A model generated the notes under the pieces. It ran no database searches and had not been told where the DNA came from. It saw only the letters and a list, made by a program, of their open reading frames with translations. Made by a program: the position numbers and the translations under genes. From a virus (Duplodnaviria; Caudoviricetes), in the IMG/VR virus record IMGVR_UViG_3300033998_000134, positions 1-54,554 of that record: a stretch of 54,554 nt of DNA. The stretch is one strand, 5' to 3'. Below are positions 26,429 through 34,194 of this stretch, one piece after another. The stretch's first letter is position 1, and each line of letters starts with the position of its first letter.

Positions 26429-27301
26429 TTAATACGGTGGTTCTTCTTCTTGTTTCTCTACTTCCTTATTATCCTCAACAAATGCTTCTTCCATGCTCAC
26501 CTCTTCGGCGACTACATCCTGGATCGCATTGTCTCTTTCTGCGCGGATATCAGTTTCAATATCTTGAACGATTGCGCTTTGCATCTCTATTGACAGATAC
26601 CCATATTTTGAGAGAAGCTCTCTTAACACTGTTTTTATCGCCATATCGTCAAACGAATTTGTCCACCCTATGCCTGTAGGCTCTTTCCCTGCAAGTTTCG
26701 CGAGGCTTTCTACCGTGATATCTTTGGAGAATTTGAGGGTAGGAGCATACATCTTAGCGTGTTTGGCGATCTCCTCAACTGTCGAATAGAGTGTTTTTCT
26801 GAACCCGTTCAGAAGCTCTATGTGCGCAAAATATCCGATAACCTTATCGGATTTCTTTTGCCCGGTAAAATCGATCGAACCGGTCAGCTTATCCTTCCCG
26901 GCTATTTCACCTTCGTACACAACATCAGCATTAATATACCGGTATTGTCCTGTTCTCATCGCGAGTTGGATCAATCCTTTGTAACCGATAATGAATGTGG
27001 GTGTCGGCACTCCCTTGTTTTTAAATGGCAAGATATAGGCATATCCCAAAGCTCTATTGATCGGCAGCTTCAATACAGCCGCCTTCAGTGCCTCCATCAC
27101 CACCTGGCTGGGGTTGCATGTTTGCAGGGATTTATCCGTGTTATACAGATCGATTATTGAAGCAACGAATGAGTTTGAGTTGCTTCCTAAAGCGTTCTGG
27201 AATTGGCTTTGAACCGATGGTGCATTTAGTACGCTTTTCAGCACGTCAACCGGCTTTCTTTTCTCTACTTGTTGTTGGTTGTTGTTGGTTGTTGTTGTCA
27301 T
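26429..27301 (-). CDS. recT: RecT-family single-strand annealing protein
   Basis: LPINRALGYAYILPF, IGYKGLIQLAMRTGQY and FDDMAIKTVLRELL. Confidence 0.9.
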   Translation of the reverse strand: MTTTTNNNQQQVEKRKPVDVLKSVLNAPSVQSQFQNALGSNSNSFVASIIDLYNTDKSLQTCNPSQVVMEALKAAVLKLPINRALGYAYILPFKNKGVPTPTFIIGYKGLIQLAMRTGQYRYINADVVYEGEIAGKDKLTGSIDFTGQKKSDKVIGYFAHIELLNGFRKTLYSTVEEIAKHAKMYAPTLKFSKDITVESLAKLAGKEPTGIGWTNSFDDMAIKTVLRELLSKYGYLSIEMQSAIVQDIETDIRAERDNAIQDVVAEEVSMEEAFVEDNKEVEKQEEEPPY

Positions 27302-29232
27302 TGTATTGTAAGTGTTTCGTACGTCGGATCAACGTACAGGTTTATAATTTGTGATCTCATTTCGGGGATGACGGTAGTCGATTCCCTATTGTCGATAAAA
27401 ATAGGTGCAATAATGCCGTAGTGGTCACTTATTCCGTTGATGATGTCAAGACCTGCATAGATCTTTTCGGCATTGGAAAGTGTCGAGTAGTTCGTGCCGT
27501 TCATCGTTGCTTCGCAATCCGGCACAACTTGTCCATCAACTTGCTCTTTAAATAATCTGAATTGCACTTTTTCAAAAAGCATGTTGATTCTGCTTTCATA
27601 CTCCGAATTTTTAGCGAACTCGAATTCCTTGATGGTAGACTCCTGTTGCTCGAGCGTGGCAAGCTCCTGATTGAGTTTAGATTTCCTTTCGTTAATCTCG
27701 GCGAGTGATTTTTTTAGGTTATCGATGATTTCGCGGTTGTACAACCGTTTCTTTAATTCGTCAATTTCGGACCGCAAAACCCGTTTTCTGTCTTTCATCG
27801 CTCCGATCGACTCTTGTTCTTCGGGTGCATGTATCTTTGCTCTCAACTCACGTATCTTTGCTTCGTTGGCCTTATACAGGATAGATTCCATATACTGCGG
27901 CTTCTTTTCTTTTAGAGCCTGTATTTCGGCTTTCAGCTTCTCTATCCGTGCATTCTTTTCTGAAGTATCGGGCGCATCAGGAATATCGATACGATTGATT
28001 TCGTCCGAAATATTATCTACCATCTGCTTGATCTTCTTCCCATCCGCAAGGTTTGCTGCCAGTCGGTCCGCTTTTGACTTGTTGAACGCCTCTTCCATGT
28101 GTGTGCGCCTCTCTTCAATATCATGCTCTGGTAGAGATTGTTTGCAGGTAGGGCAGATGAGTTCATTCTCATTGAACTCCAACCGTTCAGAATTGATTTC
28201 CTTCCATTGGTTGCGTAAGTCCTCAAGTTTGTCTTTGTAATATTTCAGGTCTTTCTCGAGACTATCCTTGCGTGCTTTCTTTGTCTTGTAATCCCTTTCA
28301 TCGTCGCCGATCGAAAGAAGCAGCCTGCGTACTTCATTCTCTTTTCGCTCGATATCTTCGGCTATTTGCTGCTTCTCAATCCGCTCCAGCTTCATGTTGT
28401 CGGCCATATATGTATTGATCTGCTCTTGTATGGCCATGATCCGTTTCTGCTCTTCCTCGCTCTTTACTGCGGCATCTGTAAGGGCCGTATCGATGTCGTC
28501 GATTTCCTTCTGCAGGATGGCGATTTTATTTTCAATTTCCTTCCAGTCTTCAATAACCGGCATATTCCTGTTCGTCGTCTCGATCTCTGTCGGAATCTTT
28601 TCGAGCTGCTCTTTTATTTTCTTTTTACGTGAAATAAGCTCACGTTTGAAATTGTCGAACGAAACACCCGTGATCAATTTCAGCAGCTCCGAAAATTCGG
28701 GCCTCTGCGAAGCTATCTGATCATTGGTGATCTCCGGAATGAGAGAGAATAAAATTTCACGCTGCTGCTCTCTTTTTAATGAGGTGAAATAGTGCGGATT
28801 TGTGATTGTTTTCAGCAGTGTCTCGTCGCAAATCTCTGCAACTGCCTGATCATACTCCGACTTCTTCACGCCTACACCATTGATTGAGTAGTCGGTTGTG
28901 TTACCTTTAAAAACCTCCTCACTTTCGCTTCTCGGTTTCACCCAATCCTCGCGATAAACCCTTTTTAGCCTGGTCGGATTTCCGTTTACCAGTATTTCTG
29001 CCTCAACCTCCACGTTCACGCGGCTTGTTCCTTTCGGTTTCAATTCGTGATCTGCGCGTCCTTCATGGTCCTTTCCGAAAAGAAGCCACAGCCAGGCATC
29101 ATAAATTGTTGTTTTGCCTGACCCGTTCCGGCCATAGATATTCAAAATATCCGGAATGTCGGTCAGGTCAAATTTTTGCACTCCTCTGAAGTTACGGAGT
29201 GAGATCGATTTAATTTTTACTTCCTTTTTCAT
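27298..29232 (-). CDS. SMC/Rad50-like ATPase with long coiled coil
   Basis: LRNFRG, Walker A GRNGSGKTT, CPTC hook-like motif, LSNAEK signature and PIFIDNRES Walker B. Confidence 0.85.
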   Translation of the reverse strand: MKKEVKIKSISLRNFRGVQKFDLTDIPDILNIYGRNGSGKTTIYDAWLWLLFGKDHEGRADHELKPKGTSRVNVEVEAEILVNGNPTRLKRVYREDWVKPRSESEEVFKGNTTDYSINGVGVKKSEYDQAVAEICDETLLKTITNPHYFTSLKREQQREILFSLIPEITNDQIASQRPEFSELLKLITGVSFDNFKRELISRKKKIKEQLEKIPTEIETTNRNMPVIEDWKEIENKIAILQKEIDDIDTALTDAAVKSEEEQKRIMAIQEQINTYMADNMKLERIEKQQIAEDIERKENEVRRLLLSIGDDERDYKTKKARKDSLEKDLKYYKDKLEDLRNQWKEINSERLEFNENELICPTCKQSLPEHDIEERRTHMEEAFNKSKADRLAANLADGKKIKQMVDNISDEINRIDIPDAPDTSEKNARIEKLKAEIQALKEKKPQYMESILYKANEAKIRELRAKIHAPEEQESIGAMKDRKRVLRSEIDELKKRLYNREIIDNLKKSLAEINERKSKLNQELATLEQQESTIKEFEFAKNSEYESRINMLFEKVQFRLFKEQVDGQVVPDCEATMNGTNYSTLSNAEKIYAGLDIINGISDHYGIIAPIFIDNRESTTVIPEMRSQIINLYVDPTYETLTIQ

Positions 29233-29266
29233 TGTTCTTGTATTTTTAAATCATTATGGTAGCAAC

Positions 29267-29749
29267 TTAAAACAACAGATATTCGGTCCAAAGCTTTTCG
29301 AATTGCTTTCCGAAGTATGTTGCAAGTTCCTCCGATTTACAGCATAGTCGAGAACCGATATCCGCATTCGCAAGCGAAGCCGTATGAATCGTATGCGAGC
29401 AACCGACGCCCGCAGCATCCCGGTTTACCCTGAACCAAGGAAACCATTTATATTCGCTACTATCTTTCCAATTAGGTTTCCAACCTTCATTCAAAGCACG
29501 TGCAATTATTGTAAGTTTATAAAAAGCGATTATTGAAGCCTGATCTTCAGGTTCGCAATTGTCTACTTCGGGCAAATCTTCAGGATCAAGACCAAGTTCA
29601 CGACAAGCATCTTCATAGGATTTAATTCGATCCTGAATGCTTTTGAAAAACTTCTTTCCGGAAGTATCTTCAAGCATGGCTTGAAATTCTGGGCTTGCAT
29701 TTTCATAAAGGCCTTTCGCCTTTTTTTCGTCAATCTGTAATGTTTTCAT
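29267..29749 (-). CDS. Hypothetical protein with a DGR VR-like C-terminus
   Basis: IKSYEDAC..YKLTIIARALNEGWKPNW..KWFPWF followed by GVGCSHTIHTASLANADIGSRL. Confidence 0.75.
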   Translation of the reverse strand: MKTLQIDEKKAKGLYENASPEFQAMLEDTSGKKFFKSIQDRIKSYEDACRELGLDPEDLPEVDNCEPEDQASIIAFYKLTIIARALNEGWKPNWKDSSEYKWFPWFRVNRDAAGVGCSHTIHTASLANADIGSRLCCKSEELATYFGKQFEKLWTEYLLF

Positions 29750-29788
29750 TTTTTAATTGTTTATAATTTTCTTAATTCAGTCTGGCTA

Positions 29789-29923
29789 TCAAGGGAAAAT
29801 GATATACCATTTGCTTATTATGCCTATCGCTATTCGCACCGAAAAGTATATTGTTGCCGCTGCAATCACAATCCAGCACGCAACATCGAGCGCCCGCTCT
29901 TTTTTCGTTTTCTCTTTTTCCAT
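29789..29923 (-). CDS. Small membrane protein (44 aa)
   Basis: MEKEKTKKERALDVACWIVIAAATIYFSVRIAIGIISKWYIIFP; co-oriented with the operon. Confidence 0.5.
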   Translation of the reverse strand: MEKEKTKKERALDVACWIVIAAATIYFSVRIAIGIISKWYIIFP

Positions 29924-29943
29924 TGTTGCTGATTTTTTATGGT

Positions 29944-30141
29944 TTACACCACCTTGTTTTTAAGGATTAATCTTTCAATGCTCGCAAGGTTATAGAAGTA
30001 CTTGCCTCCGATCCGGGAGAAGCTGATTGCCGCTTCGTCCCTTAATGTTTGCAGAAAATCGTCACTGCAGTCCAGATAGGCCTTAGCCTCTCTTGCCGAC
30101 AGCCATGTCTTGTGAACTGGTTCAACTTTTCCCTGCTTCAT
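29944..30141 (-). CDS. Excisionase-like HTH protein
   Basis: KTWLSAREAKAYLDCSDDFLQTLRD...FSRIGGKYFY, a MerR-like/Xis pattern. Confidence 0.7.
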   Translation of the reverse strand: MKQGKVEPVHKTWLSAREAKAYLDCSDDFLQTLRDEAAISFSRIGGKYFYNLASIERLILKNKVV

Positions 30142-30803
30142 GATGCTGATAATTCTGCCGGTTGATTTCTATCTATCCAAATACGCCTGAGGTAGCCTAT
30201 AAGGTCGGCGTATGTCTTTATAAAACCCTCTCTGATCAGTTCAGTGACCTTGATCTGCATTTTCACGAGGTCTCTCATGCTCTGCTCCTCTGCCTCTTTG
30301 TTTCGGATCTCCCGTTGATGCTTCCCGTAAACGATGATGTTGATCGCCCTTGCAACATTTGTGATGTTGTGGGTTACGTCCTGTTTCCTGGATATTTTTG
30401 CAATCTCTGCTGCCATTTCACGGTATGTGTCTCCCGCTTCAATTCTGAATTGGATCAGCTGGTCGTAAACGAATTTCAGGACATCGTATTTAAATGAAGG
30501 ATTGATCCACATCGCAAAGTCAATGAAAAGGAGAGGGTGCATCCAGGTACCTGCATTATTGCCTCTCGATGCTCTTGATTTTACATATGGGGAATTCCCC
30601 CTATGTAAATTTTCCCTTTTAATTATGGTATCTATAAATTCCTTAGTGGACTGGTTAACGAAATAATCCTTCATCTCTTTTTTCATTCCGTTCAGCTCAT
30701 TCCACTGCTTCAATAATGCGGTAGCATTGAACATGCCGTCACTTGTCCGCTGGTAAACGGAGAAGTCGCCCATCTGTCTTGTTAGTGTTTGATTTGTTTT
30801 CAT
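30138..30803 (-). CDS. KilA-N domain protein (antirepressor-like)
   Basis: QRTSDGMFNATALL and GTWMHPLLFIDFAMWINPSF. Confidence 0.88.
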   Translation of the reverse strand: MKTNQTLTRQMGDFSVYQRTSDGMFNATALLKQWNELNGMKKEMKDYFVNQSTKEFIDTIIKRENLHRGNSPYVKSRASRGNNAGTWMHPLLFIDFAMWINPSFKYDVLKFVYDQLIQFRIEAGDTYREMAAEIAKISRKQDVTHNITNVARAINIIVYGKHQREIRNKEAEEQSMRDLVKMQIKVTELIREGFIKTYADLIGYLRRIWIDRNQPAELSAS

Positions 30804-31012
30804 TTCAATCTGGTTATTTGCGTTTTCCCGCCGATCTCGTCCACCGACACAAAGAATCGGCCTTCTTTTTTTTGCTTGGCCCTTGTGGCCGCTGTTTTTA
30901 TTGATCCGGTAGATAGTACCCGGAACGGTATTACAATGGTTTCACCTACACTCATCCCCAATAATGTGTCTCTTGGAGAAACTTTTTTGATGATTCTTGC
31001 CTTGGTTATCAT
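30800..31012 (-). CDS. Putative Cro-like first lytic gene
   Basis: Basic 70-aa protein divergent from the repressor. Confidence 0.5.
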   Translation of the reverse strand: MITKARIIKKVSPRDTLLGMSVGETIVIPFRVLSTGSIKTAATRAKQKKEGRFFVSVDEIGGKTQITRLK

Positions 31013-31020
31013 ATTGTTAT

Positions 31021-31130
31021 TATATTTGCTGTCTTATTCGTATTAGTTACATTGAACATTTGCTTAGTAACGACTTTGCAAATATACGTCGCAGCATCGA
31101 CATAAAAAAATATTTGGACGCAATATCGAC
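31021..31130. promoter_or_regulatory. Genetic switch: TATATTTG -7 elements on both strands and operator repeats
   Basis: TATATTTG on + at 31021-31028 and on - at 31086-31079; GTCGCAGCATCGAC at 31088-31101 and GACGCAATATCGAC at 31117-31130. Confidence 0.6.
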
Positions 31131-31152
31131 ATATTTAATATTATTTAACTAT

Positions 31153-31854
31153 ATGGTAAATAAAACAAATTATTCGGATTGGGAGCAAACAACTATTAAT
31201 GAGCGCATTAAGTACATTGTTGATTATTTTTTTAAGGGCAATACAACGCAGATGGCGAAAGCTGTTTTTGTAAAACAATCTACTCTTAGGGATATTGTTG
31301 GCGAGCGAAATAGCACTCCGTCTTTCGACACAATAAAGCAAATTGTCGATTCTGCGTCCCTTAATATTAATCCGGAATGGCTCCTTACAGGGAAGGGTGA
31401 AATATTAAAAGCAGGCAATTCTGTAAAGATATTTGTCCCCGAAGATCTGCCCAAGCAAGTCGGAAGGTTATACCGTGCTCCGATTTATGAATCATATCCG
31501 GTAAGCGCAGGCCTTCACGGATTGGCTGCAATCAGAGACGATAAGCCTGACGGATACGCATATACTACCATGCCTGGAGTTACTTTCTTTCCGGTTATCG
31601 GATGCAGCTTCGAGCCGATTATCTATGCAGGCGAATATATAGGTGCGGTCAAGCTGAACTCGTGGGACAGGGTGGATACCGAGAAGATCTATTTCATCAT
31701 CACCAAAGAGGAGAGGATGCTCAAGAGATTAAGGGTTGACAAAGACAGGGAGGATATATTGTGGTGCGTGTCTCCGAATTTTAGCGAGTTCAGCATTTTT
31801 AAATCGGATATCATCGAAATTAATCATGTATTCTTTTATGGTAAAATGATATGA
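31153..31854 (+). CDS. CI-like repressor (HTH plus S24 peptidase)
   Basis: INERIKYI..MAKAVFVKQSTLRDI..INPEWLLTGKG; VSAG cleavage site, VIGCSFEP catalytic Ser and MLKRL Lys. Likely start MVNKTN. Confidence 0.88.
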   Translation: MVNKTNYSDWEQTTINERIKYIVDYFFKGNTTQMAKAVFVKQSTLRDIVGERNSTPSFDTIKQIVDSASLNINPEWLLTGKGEILKAGNSVKIFVPEDLPKQVGRLYRAPIYESYPVSAGLHGLAAIRDDKPDGYAYTTMPGVTFFPVIGCSFEPIIYAGEYIGAVKLNSWDRVDTEKIYFIITKEERMLKRLRVDKDREDILWCVSPNFSEFSIFKSDIIEINHVFFYGKMI

Positions 31855-32252
31855 CTATGGATAAAATAAACACAGACCTTTATAAAATCATTGAATTTGA
31901 ACAGATGTTTCTAAAGGATAATTTGAGATTTACTCCGGTCAAGATGTTTGTTGAAATTCAATATGACGAAGTAATGCTAAAGGATCTATATGAATATTTT
32001 GATGCTGCATTATCAGTATTAAATAAATACAAACATCCTTTAAACAACAAAGCCATTAAATTGGCGTCTTCCGAATTGGATATAAGCTTAAATAAAGAAT
32101 GGGAGCACCCTCCTTTACTTTTTATTCAATATAGAATATTAAATCAAAGACTAAAAGACGTATTAGGGTTAGATATAGAAAAAAATAAATATTTTATACT
32201 ATCCGTATTCATTGTCACATTAATAAGCAGAGTAAAAGAGAAAAGATTATAG
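31851..32252 (+). CDS. Hypothetical protein co-transcribed with cI
   Basis: 133 aa, ATGA overlap with cI, AT-rich, hydrophobic C-terminus. Confidence 0.6.
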   Translation: MTMDKINTDLYKIIEFEQMFLKDNLRFTPVKMFVEIQYDEVMLKDLYEYFDAALSVLNKYKHPLNNKAIKLASSELDISLNKEWEHPPLLFIQYRILNQRLKDVLGLDIEKNKYFILSVFIVTLISRVKEKRL

Positions 32253-32312
32253 GAAGGCACTAATACTGTTTCTGCCTTTGTAGATAATGAATAAGTTGAA
32301 TAAAAAATAATT

Positions 32313-32528
32313 ATGGAAGAGCGTAAATTTTATCTGAAGAGTATCGAAAGGTTACTGGCCTTTACTGTCGCCGCTATTATCCTTTATCTCATTGCCTTAA
32401 ATGGTAGATATGTGGTGGTTGAAAATAGATTGGTACTTGATAAATGGAAAATGGAGGTGTACGATGCCGGGAGCGAGGAAATACCTATTATTGTAAATGG
32501 GAGGGATATATACAATGCTGCTCGTTGA
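32313..32528 (+). CDS. Small membrane protein
   Basis: One TM segment (LLAFTVAAIILYLIAL) followed by NGRY..LDKW. Confidence 0.6.
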   Translation: MEERKFYLKSIERLLAFTVAAIILYLIALNGRYVVVENRLVLDKWKMEVYDAGSEEIPIIVNGRDIYNAAR

Positions 32529-32727
32529 ATCAATAAAACAGTATGCCGGCAGGCTTAAAACCGACAAAGCATTGCTAAGCTATCTTGACACTGAAGATTT
32601 GGTTGCCAGGTATGATCCGTGCGTGACGGTGGATGGTGTTACGGATGAATGGCTTTCCGGGTTTAAAAGGTATGCGGGAGAAAAGCATGCAAGGAACGTG
32701 AGGAAGGTGTTGAATCAGCGAATGTAA
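32515..32727 (+). CDS. Miniature integrase core-binding-domain-like protein
   Basis: Three blocks resemble, in order, blocks in the neighbouring integrase (see findings). Confidence 0.5.
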   Translation: MLLVESIKQYAGRLKTDKALLSYLDTEDLVARYDPCVTVDGVTDEWLSGFKRYAGEKHARNVRKVLNQRM

Positions 32728-33836
32728 TCCAGAACCTTCCTGTTCGCCTGATCAACTTTTTTCAGGTTGAAGTTCACGTACACCGATGTCACTCTCGATC
32801 CATACTCATGGCCCAGCGCTTCGGAGATAATATCCCTCGTGATGTCTATACCTGCGGCTATCGATGCCCATGTGTGTCGTGCATGGTAAGTTGTCAGGTC
32901 CTGGCAGATAATCCCTGCGTCGTCCTCTATCAGCTTCAACGCATAGTTTATACCCCTTTTAAAACCGTCGTAGTTTTTATACATCCTTAGGAAGGATACA
33001 AGCAATTCGTCATCCTGATATCTGTCGATGATTGCTTGTGCTTCCGGTTCAATCTTGACAGAATAATGCTTGCTTGTTTTCATCCTGGTATATTCCAACC
33101 GTCCGTTCTTGATGTTTGCTTTTTTTGCGTGTAGGAGATCCGTCAGATTAATGCCGATAAGGTAAAAGGATAACATGAAACAATCGCTGAACGGTTTCCA
33201 TTTGCCCTGATAGTCTCTCACGCGTCTCAAGTCCGCAACGGATAGATCCCGGTGCTTGGTTTTTTCTTTGAGTATTTTGAATTTCCTGAAAGGGTAGTTC
33301 CGGGTATATTCTCTGTCGATTGCGAAGTTGATCACTGCCCGGATGTTTCTCATGTGAATTGCTTTTGTATTTACGGCCAGATCCATTGAATCGTAAAATC
33401 GCTGCAACCATGTTACCGTGATATCGTCCAGGAGTGGATCATCCGTAATTTTTCTCATGGTCTCATCGTACAATCGCTTCGTATTCCCGCGTTTTGTATC
33501 GATAAATTCCCGGAATACGCTTCGTAAGGTGTGCGAAGGTAATACGTCATTGCTCAGATATGAACGGAGCTGGGCATCTGTTAGTGATGGTAGGACACCC
33601 TCCAGTTCGAGAGACAACAGAATCTTGTCTATTTGCGTCTTTTTGTTATTGATTGCCGCATTCTTCGCCCTGCTGTTTGCCCCCTTCGTGATTTGCCTTC
33701 CTTTCCATTCGGACGCAAGGCAGGAGATTCCGGTATTAATCATGAATCTTGATCGGTGGGTTATCATTATTTTAATTGGATATTCACCGTTATCTTTACG
33801 TCTTCTTTTGTCTAAATACAATATTGAATTTGCCAT
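32715..33836 (-). CDS. int: Tyrosine integrase (Bacteroidetes type, with arm-binding and SAM-like domains)
   Basis: YLDKRRRKDNGEYPIKI arm domain, GINLTDL, YTRMKT, TTYHARHTWASIA and ISEALGHEYG..TSVY. Confidence 0.93.
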   Translation of the reverse strand: MANSILYLDKRRRKDNGEYPIKIMITHRSRFMINTGISCLASEWKGRQITKGANSRAKNAAINNKKTQIDKILLSLELEGVLPSLTDAQLRSYLSNDVLPSHTLRSVFREFIDTKRGNTKRLYDETMRKITDDPLLDDITVTWLQRFYDSMDLAVNTKAIHMRNIRAVINFAIDREYTRNYPFRKFKILKEKTKHRDLSVADLRRVRDYQGKWKPFSDCFMLSFYLIGINLTDLLHAKKANIKNGRLEYTRMKTSKHYSVKIEPEAQAIIDRYQDDELLVSFLRMYKNYDGFKRGINYALKLIEDDAGIICQDLTTYHARHTWASIAAGIDITRDIISEALGHEYGSRVTSVYVNFNLKKVDQANRKVLDYIR

Positions 33837-33848
33837 ATAGTTATTTAA

Positions 33849-34100
33849 TTTGACACAATATTCGACACACAAATTTGCATATAAAACGGCAAATAACGGT
33901 AAAAACCCGATATGTTATTCAACATACGGAACATAAAAAAAGCCCATGCATTGCTGCAAGAGCCTTATTTTCAATTGTCGGGATGACTGGATTCGAACCA
34001 GCGACCACACGCCCCCCAGACGCGTATTAATGTGGTTTAAAGAGTTGTTATACAATATATTTCGGTGTCCTCATTTTTCATTTGCACGATAAACGACACA
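33849..34100. other. attP region with candidate arm-binding repeats
   Basis: TTTGACACAATATTCGACACA (33849-33869) and TTTGCACGATAAACGACACA (34081-34100) flank the core. Confidence 0.55.
33976..34026 (-). other. attP core = 3' half of tRNA-Pro(GGG)
   Basis: Minus strand reads TACGCGTCTGGGGGGCGTGTGGTCGCTGGTTCGAATCCAGTCATCCCGACA: anticodon arm with GGG, T arm and 3' acceptor strand, but no 5' half; adjacent to int. Confidence 0.88.
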
Positions 34101-34194
34101 TTTCGTCTTATCGCTCCGGCCTGATTATTTTAATATAAAACAACACAGATAATAATTTGTTGTCGTAATATTGTAGATAAAATGAGTACAAATA

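Noticed and set aside
27268-27298. GTT repeats as recombination sites
   Set aside because: They encode the low-complexity TTTTNNNQQQ N-terminus of RecT, with no accompanying hairpin.
33976-34026. Phage-encoded tRNA-Pro gene
   Set aside because: Only the 3' half is present and it lies next to int, so it is interpreted as the attP core.
34130-34173. Fifth copy of the late-promoter motif upstream of the nozzle gene
   Set aside because: Only about 9/16 positions match in an AT-rich region, and it is followed by ATTG rather than TTTG.
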